A stretch of 64,000 nt of DNA from Alphaproteobacteria bacterium GM7ARS4 (GTDB lineage Bacteria > Pseudomonadota > Alphaproteobacteria > GM7ARS4). The position numbers and the translations under genes are program-made. This document shows, piece after piece, positions 9,925 through 19,775 of the stretch (positions are counted from its first letter, which is position 1; each line of letters starts with the position of its first letter). Location of the stretch: contig JACONL010000001.1 in assembly GCA_014332745.1 (NCBI GenBank), positions 28,687 to 92,686 of the forward strand, written 5' to 3'. Below the pieces are notes generated by a model. The model made no database searches. It saw only the letters and a program-made list of their open reading frames with translations, and was not told the origin of the DNA.

Positions 9925-10896
9925 ATGAAACAAGGTCTTCTTATATGTGGTCATGGCACACGCCACCCCCATGGCTTGGACGAATTCGCCCAGCTCACCC
10001 GTGATATAGAAGAACACCTCGATGATAACATCGTGCGTTATGGCTATTTAGAATTCGCTCGCCCCATCATACGCGACGGCTTAGACGCCTTGCGCCATGA
10101 AGGGTGCGCCATCGTGCATGCCCTCCCCGCCATGCTGTTCGCCGCAGGCCACGTCAAAAATGACATCCCCTCCGTCCTCAATAACTATGCCCTTCAACAT
10201 CCCTCTATGCGTATCATCTTGGGACGAGAATTGGGAATCACCAGTGGTATGCTGCGCGCCGCAGAAGCGCGTATCCGTTCGTCCCTTGCCTCCTCACCCG
10301 TGTCCTATCACGATACCCTCCTCATGGTCGTCGGAAGAGGCGCATCAGACCCTGACGCCAATAGCCATATCGCCAAAATCACACGCATGCTGTGGGAAGG
10401 CATGGGATTCGGGTGGGCAGAAAGCGCCTTCTCGGGTATGACGTTCCCCCTCGTCGCCCCCGCCCTAGAGAAAGCTGTGAAACTGGGGATGAAACAAATC
10501 GTTGTCTTTCCCTATATGCTCTTTGACGGCGTCCTCGTCCAACGCATCTATCACCATACAGATCTCGTCGCCAAACAATATCCCCAGACTCGATTCGTCA
10601 AAGCGCCTTATCTGAATAATCATCCAGATGTCGTCTCGACCTTCCTCCAACGATTGCAAGAAATTCACACGCCAGATAATGCCATGAATTGCCAATTATG
10701 CAAATATCGAGAACGTATTGTCGGCTTCGAACATGACGTGGGAACAGCACAGATGAGCCATCACGACCATGCAGAAGGCGAACAAACCCATACGCACCAA
10801 CAGCATACCCATCATCACCCACCCTACCCCCATGCCGACCATCCTCTAGGGCCCCTCTCCATGAGTCTCTATGACAAAGATATGACAAAGACATGA
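9925..10896 (+). CDS. cbiX: Sirohydrochlorin cobaltochelatase CbiX (long form with His-rich C-terminal tail)
   Basis: Starts MKQGLLICGHGTR, the typical CbiX N-terminus. Two CbiX-like halves. His-rich tail (HDHAEGEQTHTHQQHTHHHPPYPHADH). Confidence 0.8.
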   Translation: MKQGLLICGHGTRHPHGLDEFAQLTRDIEEHLDDNIVRYGYLEFARPIIRDGLDALRHEGCAIVHALPAMLFAAGHVKNDIPSVLNNYALQHPSMRIILGRELGITSGMLRAAEARIRSSLASSPVSYHDTLLMVVGRGASDPDANSHIAKITRMLWEGMGFGWAESAFSGMTFPLVAPALEKAVKLGMKQIVVFPYMLFDGVLVQRIYHHTDLVAKQYPQTRFVKAPYLNNHPDVVSTFLQRLQEIHTPDNAMNCQLCKYRERIVGFEHDVGTAQMSHHDHAEGEQTHTHQQHTHHHPPYPHADHPLGPLSMSLYDKDMTKT

Positions 10897-11660
10897 CACC
10901 CCCCCATGCGCCTCCCCATGCGCCCCCCCATGCGTATGAGGGCGGTCTCAAAGATGACGACACGCCACCCCCCTGTGGTCGAGGCTATAGGCCTCCCCCA
11001 TCAGCGCACTATATCCGTGATGGACAGGCCATCCATGCATGTTCCCTCGCACGTATACGCGCATGCGCACCCGCCCTTGCGACCCTCACGCCACCATGGG
11101 AACGCATGGCATCGAAACTGATTCAAGCATGCGCCATGGAAGACATTATCCATGAGCTCTCTTGGCACGACTCCTTTATCCCGCAAGCATGCGCGGCTCT
11201 CACACGGGGATGTCGCATATTCACCGATAGCGATATGGTGGCAAGCGGAATCGATCGTCACCTCCTGCATAAAAGCGCCAACATACATCCCGATGAACGT
11301 ATTATCAGCCTCATCAAAACAGAGGCGGTGCATCGACACGCCCATGCGACACAGACAACACGTTCCGCTGCTCTCGTGGAGCGGTGGTATCAAACCTACG
11401 GATGGACGCAAGAGATGGTCGTCATTGGCAACGCCCCCACATGCCTCTTTCGCCTTATGGATTACTTGCGCCATACTCAGCCATCCTCCTACCCCGCTGT
11501 CGTCATCGCCTTTCCTGTGGGTTTTGTCGGGGCGGCGCGCGCCAAACAGCTCTTTATCGATAATTATGGCGACAGCATTCCTTATCTCGCCTTGAAAGGA
11601 AAAAGAGGAGGAAGCGCCATGGCTGTGGCCGCCCTCCATGCCCTCCTCCATATGATATGA
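10893..11660 (+). CDS. cobH: Precorrin-8X/cobalt-precorrin-8 methylmutase CobH/CbiC (with repeat-derived N-terminal extension)
   Basis: Conserved YIRDGQAIHACSLARIRA block and CbiC fold-length core. Start overlaps the cbiX stop. (PPHA)x3 N-terminal repeat. Confidence 0.8.
   Translation: MTPPHAPPHAPPHAYEGGLKDDDTPPPCGRGYRPPPSAHYIRDGQAIHACSLARIRACAPALATLTPPWERMASKLIQACAMEDIIHELSWHDSFIPQACAALTRGCRIFTDSDMVASGIDRHLLHKSANIHPDERIISLIKTEAVHRHAHATQTTRSAALVERWYQTYGWTQEMVVIGNAPTCLFRLMDYLRHTQPSSYPAVVIAFPVGFVGAARAKQLFIDNYGDSIPYLALKGKRGGSAMAVAALHALLHMI
10901..10935. repeat. 10-12-nt tandem repeat (ccccatgcgc)x3 at cbiX/cobH junction
   Basis: Direct inspection. Encodes PPHAPPHAPPHA. Confidence 0.75.
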
Positions 11661-12907
11661 TGGCAAAATGGCTATGGATTATCGGTGTGGACGCCGACGG
11701 ACGCACCAGCCTCACCCATCACGCCTTGTCGGTGATTCGCAAGGCCCACGTTATCCTCACCAGCCCACGACTCGCCCAACTGCTCGCCTCAGACATCGAA
11801 AAAACCCCTCATGTCAGACATTGGAGTCGCCATATAGACGACGATATTCACCATATCAGACGTTATAAAGACACTATCGTCGTCATCCTCGCCAGTGGCG
11901 ACCCCCTCTACTATGGAGTCGCGACCCGTGTCTTGCGTATCATCCCCATAGAACAGGTTACCATCATGCCCGCCCGCTCTAGTATCAGCCTCGCATGCGC
12001 CAAACTAGGCTGGACACAACAGCATGTCACGCCCCTATCCCTCCATGGACGAAACCCACACCATATAAGACGCTATCTCAGCCCCAAACAACGTATCATC
12101 ATCCTCAGCGAAGGCATCACAACCCTCCATGCTGTCGCCCAAGCACTCTGTGATTATGGCATGCGCACAACGACCATCATCGTCTTGTCCCAATTAGGCT
12201 CGCCCCAAGAATCACACATCCACGTCACGGCACAAGAGGCGCACACACTGACATCCCTCGACCCCCTCACAATCCTTGCTATCGAGTGTGGGCCATGCGC
12301 ACACCAAACCGACAACGCCCATGCGCCCCTCGTCTCGACTCTCACGACCCTCCCCGATACGGCATGGCGCCATGACGGATTGCTCACAAAACAAGCCATA
12401 CGCGCCAGCGCCGTCTCTGCCCTGTCCCCTCACCCCGCCCAAACCCTATGGGACATAGGAAGCGGAAGCGGAAGTATCGCCATCGAATGGATGCGCCTCC
12501 ACCATCAAAATCATGCCGTCGCCATCGAACAGAATCCCCAACGCTGCGCGCATATTCGACATAATGCCAGAGCGCTCGGCACGCCAACCCTCACCCTCCT
12601 ACAAGGGCATGCTCCCCATATCTTGTCACAGATAAAGCCTCCCCACACAAAGCCAGACGCCATCTTCATTGGCGGCGGCTTGAACGAACCAACCCTCATC
12701 GACACATGCTATCGCATGCTCCAGCAAGGACAACATCTCGTCTCCCATAGCGTGACCATAGACCATGCCCATGTTCTTTTCGAAGCCTATCAACGCTATG
12801 GCGGTAACTTGCAAAAAATACAGACCCATAGCATACAAGGCATTGGCTCTTATCACCGATGGCATGCCATGCTCCCCGTCACCCAATGGAGCTTGTGTAA
12901 GGCATGA
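11657..12907 (+). CDS. cobL: Precorrin-6Y C5,15-methyltransferase (decarboxylating) CobL (CbiE+CbiT)
   Basis: N-terminal tetrapyrrole-methylase domain plus C-terminal SAM-MTase (DIGSGSGSIAIE). 416 aa. Translationally coupled to neighbours. Confidence 0.85.
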   Translation: MMAKWLWIIGVDADGRTSLTHHALSVIRKAHVILTSPRLAQLLASDIEKTPHVRHWSRHIDDDIHHIRRYKDTIVVILASGDPLYYGVATRVLRIIPIEQVTIMPARSSISLACAKLGWTQQHVTPLSLHGRNPHHIRRYLSPKQRIIILSEGITTLHAVAQALCDYGMRTTTIIVLSQLGSPQESHIHVTAQEAHTLTSLDPLTILAIECGPCAHQTDNAHAPLVSTLTTLPDTAWRHDGLLTKQAIRASAVSALSPHPAQTLWDIGSGSGSIAIEWMRLHHQNHAVAIEQNPQRCAHIRHNARALGTPTLTLLQGHAPHILSQIKPPHTKPDAIFIGGGLNEPTLIDTCYRMLQQGQHLVSHSVTIDHAHVLFEAYQRYGGNLQKIQTHSIQGIGSYHRWHAMLPVTQWSLCKA

Positions 12908-13629
12908 CACATAAGGCAACACACACAACAACAGGCACGCTCTATGGCGTCGGCGTGGGGCCCGGTGACCCGTCACTCTTGACGCTCAAAGCTGTCTCCT
13001 GTATCGAACGCGCCCATGTTCTCGCATGGATAGAAAGCCCACAGCATACAAGGAGCTTTGATGTCGTCAAACATCTACGCCAACAACATCATATGACCTA
13101 TGGCACGCCCATCGATATGGGGAACACAGAACAACAGCGCGTGCGCCATTATGATCATCTCGCCTCACGCCTGAAACGCCATCTTTGTCAAGGCCATGAC
13201 GTGGCCTATCTCACCCTTGGCGACCCGCTCCTCTATGGCAGCTTCACATATCTCATGGAACGTCTTCGCCATACGTGCGCCATCGATATCATCCCCGGTA
13301 TCCCCTCTTTCTGCGCTGTGACGGCTCACCTCCAACAATGCCTCGCCCAAAAACAAGAAACACTCACCATCTTGACGGCACAGCAAGCCCTCACACGACT
13401 CGCCCACCCTCTGAACAGCCATGAAGCCATCGTCATCCTCAAAGGAGGAAAGCATATCCAAACACTCAGACGTATGCTCGAACAGCATGGAGACAAGACC
13501 ATCGAACGCGCCTTCTATGCTGAACATGTGGGAACGCCACAACAGACATCCATGCCCCTTTGCGCCTATGATAAGCCATCCGCCCCCTATTTTTCCCTTA
13601 TTGTCATTACCCCCCATAGAAGCGCATGA
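12904..13629 (+). CDS. cobI: Precorrin-2/cobalt-factor-2 C20-methyltransferase CobI/CbiL
   Basis: Starts LYGVGVGPGDPSLLTLKA, the tetrapyrrole methylase signature. 241 aa. Confidence 0.85.
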   Translation: MTHKATHTTTGTLYGVGVGPGDPSLLTLKAVSCIERAHVLAWIESPQHTRSFDVVKHLRQQHHMTYGTPIDMGNTEQQRVRHYDHLASRLKRHLCQGHDVAYLTLGDPLLYGSFTYLMERLRHTCAIDIIPGIPSFCAVTAHLQQCLAQKQETLTILTAQQALTRLAHPLNSHEAIVILKGGKHIQTLRRMLEQHGDKTIERAFYAEHVGTPQQTSMPLCAYDKPSAPYFSLIVITPHRSA

Positions 13630-15533
13630 CACATCCCGTTGCCATCATCACCACCCAACGCCACGCCCTCGAACGGGGACGCGCCCTACGCGCCCATATC
13701 CCCCATAGCGTCCTCTACGCCCCCCATCCATGCTGTCCACAGGACGCCATCCCTTATACGTCCCTCGAAGAGAGTCTCCACACCCTCTTTCGCCAAAAGA
13801 CAGCCATCATTGCTCTTTGTTCCGTGTCTATCCTTGTCCGTCTACTCGCCCCCCTCATCGAGAAAAACGCCCGCCATCCACCCGTCATCGCCCTGACCCT
13901 CCACAATGCCACGCACGATACCCCCTCACACACCCCCTCACACGCCATGTATGGTGAGAGGGACACGCAACGTCCTTTTGTCATTCCTCTCTTATCAAGC
14001 CATCAAGCAAGCAACAGCCTCGCCCGTACCATCGCATCCATCGTCAATGGTGTCGCCTGTATCTCTACACTCAGCGACACACTCTATGATATTGCCTTCG
14101 ATGCGCCCCCTGAAGGATGGCGACTGGCAACAAAAAAACACTATAAGGCATGGATACGGCGCTTGGTCAATGGCACACCCCTCCATATCAGCCATGACGA
14201 CTCAGAAGGCACACGATTACCGCCAACATGGCACAACACACTCCGCCAGCTGTCCGCCATAAAAACAGACATAAAAACAGACAATGACCCATCGTCCCAT
14301 CTCCACATCACAACCCAATGGCGTCATGTGAAAACGGATAACCCTAACCTCTTGACCTATGTCCCACAATGCCTCGCCCTCGGCATCGGCTGTGAGTCTG
14401 GCACAGACCCCCAAGCCCTCCTCCATGCTGTCAAAGATGTCTGCCAACGCCATAATCTGAGCCTCAAAGCCATCGGTGGCATTTTCTCCATCGCCCTCAA
14501 ACGCCATGAGCCCGCTATCCATGCCCTACAAAAAACCCTCGCTTGCCCCTTCACATGCTACTCGGCAGAACAGCTCTTGACATGCACCGACCGCCTCAAA
14601 ACGCCATCCAACGATGTCTTTGCTATCACAGGATGTTATGGCGTTGCCGAAGGCGCCGCCCTGTTAGGCGCTGGACCAGCCGCCAAACTCCTCATCCCAA
14701 AACACATCACGGGACAAATCACCCTCGCCATCGCCGTCGCCCCACAGCCCCTCAAGCAAAAAAAACATGGCCATATCGCCATCATCGGCACAGGACCCGG
14801 CCATACCGCCATGCTCACCATAGACGCCCACCAACAGCTCCAAGCATGCGATGATGTCGTCGGCTATCAACGCTACCTTCATCTCCTCGAGCCCATGCTC
14901 CATACCCAACAACGCCACCCCTTCCCTCTTGGCGAAGAAGAAAAACGATGCAAACACGCCATCCAACTGGCACAGACAGGACGCCATGTAGGCCTTGTCT
15001 CATCGGGCGACCCCGCCCTCTACGCCCTTGCTTCCCTCGCCATGCAGTGCCTACAGGCTGATGACAGCACAGAGCCACTGCCTAGCCTGTCCATCCATCC
15101 AGGTGTCACAGCAGCGCACGCCGCCAGCGCACGCATGGGCGCACCCCTCTCTTATGATTTTTGCGCCATATCCCTCTCAGATCTCCTCACCCCATGGCCC
15201 ACCATAGAAAAACGCTTGCTCCATGCCGCTATGGGTGATTTCATGACAGCACTCTATAATCCACGCTCACAGGAACGCACCCAAGCTATTATCCACGCCC
15301 AACGCATCTTTCTAGACCATCGCCATGGCGAGACATGCGTCCTCATTGCTCGCAACCTCTACCGCCAAGACGAATCACTCACCATCAGCACGCTCAAAGA
15401 CTTCCTCACCCACCCCATCGATATGCTCACCCTTATCCTCATCGGCACAGAACAAACAAAAACCCTCGACTATCAAGGAAAACAATATCTCTATACCCCT
15501 CGAGGCTATGCCATCACACCACCCGCTCCATAA
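13626..15533 (+). CDS. cbiGH: Fusion protein: cobalt-precorrin-5A hydrolase CbiG + precorrin-3B C17-methyltransferase CobJ/CbiH
   Basis: N-terminal ~370 aa carry the CbiG C-domain (LALGIGCESGTDPQALL…ITGCYGVAEGAALL). The C-terminal half carries the tetrapyrrole methylase (IAIIGTGPGHTAMLT). Confidence 0.8.
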   Translation: MTHPVAIITTQRHALERGRALRAHIPHSVLYAPHPCCPQDAIPYTSLEESLHTLFRQKTAIIALCSVSILVRLLAPLIEKNARHPPVIALTLHNATHDTPSHTPSHAMYGERDTQRPFVIPLLSSHQASNSLARTIASIVNGVACISTLSDTLYDIAFDAPPEGWRLATKKHYKAWIRRLVNGTPLHISHDDSEGTRLPPTWHNTLRQLSAIKTDIKTDNDPSSHLHITTQWRHVKTDNPNLLTYVPQCLALGIGCESGTDPQALLHAVKDVCQRHNLSLKAIGGIFSIALKRHEPAIHALQKTLACPFTCYSAEQLLTCTDRLKTPSNDVFAITGCYGVAEGAALLGAGPAAKLLIPKHITGQITLAIAVAPQPLKQKKHGHIAIIGTGPGHTAMLTIDAHQQLQACDDVVGYQRYLHLLEPMLHTQQRHPFPLGEEEKRCKHAIQLAQTGRHVGLVSSGDPALYALASLAMQCLQADDSTEPLPSLSIHPGVTAAHAASARMGAPLSYDFCAISLSDLLTPWPTIEKRLLHAAMGDFMTALYNPRSQERTQAIIHAQRIFLDHRHGETCVLIARNLYRQDESLTISTLKDFLTHPIDMLTLILIGTEQTKTLDYQGKQYLYTPRGYAITPPAP

Positions 15534-15566
15534 TATGCCTCCTATCACCATCCCCCCTATCATCTC

Positions 15567-16352
15567 ATGACCGTCCATTTTATTGGCGCTGGACCGGGCG
15601 CGCCAGATCTTATCACCTTGCGGGGATGGCGTCTTCTCCAGCATTGTCAGACATGCCTCTATGCTGGGTCGCTCGTAGATCCTGCCGTCACAACGTCATG
15701 TCCGCCTCACGCCCACATCATCGATAGCTCTGCTATGACCCTCAAAGACATCATGGCAACAATACAAAACGCCCATCAACAAGGGCACGACATCGCACGC
15801 CTGCACTCAGGCGACCCCTCCCTCTATGGCGCTCTCAACGAACAGGCACGATTCTTGCAAAAACATCATATCCCCTATACCATTACCCCCGGTGTCCCCA
15901 GCTTCGCCGCCGCCGCCGCCAGTCTAGGACAATGTTTCACCATGCCACGCACAACCCAAACCATCGTCCTCACCCGTAGCGCCTTAGGAAAAGCAACGCC
16001 CATGCCACAAGAGGAATCGCTCGCCCATTACGCTAAAACACGCTGCTGCCTCGTTATCTATCTCTCCATACGCCACCTCAACGCCCTGTGCGCCATGCTT
16101 ATCCCCCACTATGGCAATACATGCCCTTCCGCTGTCGTCTATCGTGTCTCTTACAAGGACGAAAAAATTATCACAGCCCCCCTAGAACGACTCCCTCGCA
16201 TGGTGAAGCCCCATAAAATCACACGCCAAGCCCTTATCATCGTCAGCCCATCCCTCATCATCGACCATGACAAAGAACACACCATCCACGAAAGCGCCCT
16301 CTACGCCCCAACATACCGCCATCTTTTCCGCCCAACGACCAAGACAGGTTAA
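15567..16352 (+). CDS. cobM: Precorrin-4/cobalt-precorrin-4 C11-methyltransferase CobM/CbiF
   Basis: MTVHFIGAGPGAPDLITLRG N-terminus and YxGSLV motif. 261 aa. Confidence 0.85.
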   Translation: MTVHFIGAGPGAPDLITLRGWRLLQHCQTCLYAGSLVDPAVTTSCPPHAHIIDSSAMTLKDIMATIQNAHQQGHDIARLHSGDPSLYGALNEQARFLQKHHIPYTITPGVPSFAAAAASLGQCFTMPRTTQTIVLTRSALGKATPMPQEESLAHYAKTRCCLVIYLSIRHLNALCAMLIPHYGNTCPSAVVYRVSYKDEKIITAPLERLPRMVKPHKITRQALIIVSPSLIIDHDKEHTIHESALYAPTYRHLFRPTTKTG

Positions 16353-16388
16353 GCGCCCCATTCCCCATACGCCCACCCCACGCACACC

Positions 16389-17378
16389 ATGTCATCGCCT
16401 CAACAGCCTACCCTCTCCATTATCATCCCCTTTTATAACGAGTATGATAACCTCCCCCTCTTCCACCAACGCCTCACCCAAACGCTCAAACCCCTCCCCT
16501 ACCGTATGGAAATCCTCTATATCGATGACGGAAGCACCGATATGGCCGCTGAATGGGTCACAGAACAAGCCCATAAAGACCCACGTATCGCGCTCCTACG
16601 CCTCTCGCGCAATTTTGGGAAGGAACACGCCCTCTCCGCTGGCATCGATTACTGCCATGGCGACGCCGCCATTGTCATCGACGCCGACTTGCAAGACCCA
16701 CCAGAACTAATCCCTCAACTCATCGCCCCATGGCAAGAGAATAAAGCCGACGTCGTCTACGCCCAACGCCTCTCCCGTCAAGGCGACTCCCTCGTCAAAC
16801 GCCTCACCGCCCACCTCTTCTATCGCCTCATGGCAAGAACACGCCCTGTCATCCCCTATAATGCCGGCGATTTCCGTCTCATGAACCGACAAGCACTGGA
16901 TGATATTAAAACATTGCGAGAAAAACACCGATTCATGAAGGGACTCTTCACATGGATAGGACACCGACAATATGCCGTCCCCTACCATCGAGAGCCACGC
17001 CATAAAGGGCGGTCAAAATGGAGTTATTTCGCCCTCTGGCATCTCTCCATCGAAGCCATCACAAGCTTTACGACAGCGCCCCTACGTATCGCCTCCTACC
17101 TCGGTCTAGGCGCTGTGCTCTTTTCCCTCACCTATGGAAGTATCATCTTATTTCGAACCATCGCCTATGGAAGTGATGTCCCCGGTTACCCCTCCCTCAT
17201 GATGACAATCCTCTTCATTGGCGGCGTCCAGATGTTTACCATCGGTATCCTTGGCGAATATATCGGACGTATCTTTAATGAAGTCAAGCAACGCCCCCTC
17301 TACCTCGTCCGCGCATGGCATCCGTCCCAACAGACGCGCCCCCAAAAGACACGTCATGACCATCACAAGACACCATAA
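16389..17378 (+). CDS. Family-2 glycosyltransferase, polyprenyl-phosphate sugar transferase (ArnC/GtrB-like) with two C-terminal TM helices
   Basis: GT2 motifs (IIIPFYNE, DDGSTD, DADLQDPPE) with a C-terminal membrane anchor. Confidence 0.8.
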   Translation: MSSPQQPTLSIIIPFYNEYDNLPLFHQRLTQTLKPLPYRMEILYIDDGSTDMAAEWVTEQAHKDPRIALLRLSRNFGKEHALSAGIDYCHGDAAIVIDADLQDPPELIPQLIAPWQENKADVVYAQRLSRQGDSLVKRLTAHLFYRLMARTRPVIPYNAGDFRLMNRQALDDIKTLREKHRFMKGLFTWIGHRQYAVPYHREPRHKGRSKWSYFALWHLSIEAITSFTTAPLRIASYLGLGAVLFSLTYGSIILFRTIAYGSDVPGYPSLMMTILFIGGVQMFTIGILGEYIGRIFNEVKQRPLYLVRAWHPSQQTRPQKTRHDHHKTP

Positions 17379-17383
17379 GACAT

Positions 17384-18985
17384 GTGACAGCCCCCCACAC
17401 CCCCTCCCCCATGCCGTCATCCCTCACGCTCACGCACGTCCTGCCATCAAGAGCCGAAGATAGATTTTTTCTCTTCGCCCTCCTCAGCCACGCCGCCTTA
17501 TGGACAATCATTCCTATCATCGTCAGCCCCAATGTCCCCATCGATGTTATCTATCTACATCAAGACCGCTACGAACTCCAATGGGGATACGCCAATAATA
17601 GTAGCCACCCACCTCTCATGGCATGGATTGCCTACATCATCGGTGTCCTCTTCCCTCACCATCACGCCCCCTATATCATCCTCAGCCAAATCAGCACAAC
17701 ACTCATGCTGTTCATCATGTGGACATGGACAAGACGCCATGAGACGCCAACAATCGCCTGCATCAGCACACTCCTCACACAAACAATCCTTCACCATACC
17801 ATCCTCACCCCTGAATTTAATCATAATGTCATTCTCCTGCCATTATGGGCGCTTCTCATCATCGCCTTTCATCGCTGTATCACCAAGAACACATGGGTGG
17901 ACTGGCTGTTATGGGGTGTCGCTGTCGCTGTCGCCATGCTGGCAAAATATACCTCCGCATTGCTTGTTCTCTCTATGCTCTTGTTCCTCGCTCTCTCGCC
18001 ATCGAAACGCCATCTCCTGAAAGAAAAAGCCTTGTATCTCGCCATTGCCCTCGCCCTTCTCCTCTTCTTCCCCCATGTCCTGTGGCTCATAGAGCATGAT
18101 TTCCCCACCTTGCGCTATGCCCTCGCAAGAGCCTATGATGGCGTGACAGAGTCATTCGTCCAACGACATATCCTCTCTCCCCTGGCGTTTCTTGCCGCCC
18201 AGCTGATGCTTATCGCCCCCCTCTTGCTCTTGCTCCCTCTGGCGGGGTCATGGCGTATACCGTCAAAGGCAACCTTCCTCTCACTTTGGAAAGAAGAACA
18301 ACAGGAAAGAGCCTTTGCCTATGTCATAGGGTGCATGCCTCTCGCCATGGCTGTCTCGCTCTCTCTCGTCTTCGGCTTACAGCTACGCTCAGCATGGGCT
18401 GCACCCTTTTTCCTCTTCGCTGGCTTTATTGCCCTCACCCTGTTCATCCAACCCAACAGCATCGCCCTCACTCCACGATTCAAAATGGCATGGGGTGCCG
18501 TCCTCCTGCTCACCATCCTCGCCTATAGCATCATACAGCTGGGAAAGCCCGTCATCGCACACACCATCAAACGCACCCAATTCCCAGGGGACGACCTCGC
18601 CATGACGCTCCATAAGGAATGGTATGACAGATTTCAAACATCCATCCCCTATGTGCTAGGCGATCTCTGGGTAGCAAACAATATCGGGTTCTATGCACCA
18701 CATCACCCCCGCGCCGTTGTTCCATCCCATCCCATACACCCCTCCCTCAGCGCACAAGAAAAACAAGAGATACAACGCCATGGCGGCGTCATCATATGGA
18801 TGGAAGACGTCTCTGTGCCTCACCGATGGGTCACACCACCCTATCCTGCGGACATCATCCTCTCTCTCTTCCCATGCATTAGCCCACAAAAAACCCTCAC
18901 CATAGAAAGTCTGAGCCCCTTCCCGCTCCCTCCCCTCATCTTTCACAGAGTGCTCATCCTGCCTCAATCCCATTGCCCAACATAA
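17384..18985 (+). CDS. Polytopic membrane glycosyltransferase, ArnT/PMT-like (GT39/GT83 family)
   Basis: About 12 predicted TM helices, with a periplasmic loop after helix 1 similar to 4-amino-4-deoxy-L-arabinose transferase-like proteins. Immediately downstream of the GT2 gene. Confidence 0.65.
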   Translation: MTAPHTPSPMPSSLTLTHVLPSRAEDRFFLFALLSHAALWTIIPIIVSPNVPIDVIYLHQDRYELQWGYANNSSHPPLMAWIAYIIGVLFPHHHAPYIILSQISTTLMLFIMWTWTRRHETPTIACISTLLTQTILHHTILTPEFNHNVILLPLWALLIIAFHRCITKNTWVDWLLWGVAVAVAMLAKYTSALLVLSMLLFLALSPSKRHLLKEKALYLAIALALLLFFPHVLWLIEHDFPTLRYALARAYDGVTESFVQRHILSPLAFLAAQLMLIAPLLLLLPLAGSWRIPSKATFLSLWKEEQQERAFAYVIGCMPLAMAVSLSLVFGLQLRSAWAAPFFLFAGFIALTLFIQPNSIALTPRFKMAWGAVLLLTILAYSIIQLGKPVIAHTIKRTQFPGDDLAMTLHKEWYDRFQTSIPYVLGDLWVANNIGFYAPHHPRAVVPSHPIHPSLSAQEKQEIQRHGGVIIWMEDVSVPHRWVTPPYPADIILSLFPCISPQKTLTIESLSPFPLPPLIFHRVLILPQSHCPT

Positions 18986-19775
18986 AAGGCGCTGTCAAAC
19001 CCGCGACGCTAGACGCCACAGGAGGCGGAGGCGGCGGCGGCGGACGTATCATGACAACGGGAATGCCCCTCATGCGCGCCGCCTCTATCTTGCCATAGGT
19101 CGCATCCCCACCACTATTGCGACTCACAACAAAGGACACGCCATAACGCTCCATCATCTCATGGTCTTGTTCCTTCGTAAAGGGAGGACGCCCGCTCACC
19201 CATACGCTCGCCATCAAACCCCCCATAGGAAGACGAGACGGCTTGTCAATGGAACGCACGATAAAACGACAAGAAACGCCGTCAAAGGATGCCATGTCCC
19301 TGCGCCCTATCGTCAAAAACACATGGCGACGGTGGGACGGAACGCCCGCTAAGAGCCGCGACAGCATGACAGAAGCATTCCGACTATCAGCAACCTCCAC
19401 CCATCGGTCACCCGCAACCGCCCGCCATGGCCGCCGCCATAAGGCAATACGCTTCACAGAACAGACACGACACGCATGGACAATATGCGCCTTCATCGTC
19501 ACAGCATGGGGACTGGTGGCATCCACCACCCAATCAACACGCTCACGCACTAAAAAACGACACAAACCAGCGATACCGCCAAACCCCCCTATGTGATAAC
19601 GACAAAGAGGCAACAGGTGAGGACGCGCCACAACACCCGCCAAAGAACATGTCACCTTGTAACGCCCATCACGTAGCAAGCACATCGCCACATGGCGCGC
19701 TTCCTCACTCCCCGCACATATCAACACATGCCCGCATACAGACACCCCCTTAGACGCCATAGACGCCCTCGCCAA
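18954..19775 (-). CDS. cobK: Precorrin-6A/cobalt-precorrin-6A reductase CobK/CbiJ with poly-Pro C-terminal tail
   Basis: N-terminal HVLICAGSEEA matches the CobK signature. About 250 aa core. C-terminal PPPPPPPP comes from a (GGC/GGA)n repeat. Confidence 0.8.
   Translation of the reverse strand: MARASMASKGVSVCGHVLICAGSEEARHVAMCLLRDGRYKVTCSLAGVVARPHLLPLCRYHIGGFGGIAGLCRFLVRERVDWVVDATSPHAVTMKAHIVHACRVCSVKRIALWRRPWRAVAGDRWVEVADSRNASVMLSRLLAGVPSHRRHVFLTIGRRDMASFDGVSCRFIVRSIDKPSRLPMGGLMASVWVSGRPPFTKEQDHEMMERYGVSFVVSRNSGGDATYGKIEAARMRGIPVVMIRPPPPPPPPVASSVAGLTAPFMLGNGIEAG
19019..19045. repeat. (ggc/gga)n trinucleotide repeat in cobK 3' end (poly-Pro)
   Basis: Direct inspection. Confidence 0.7.
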
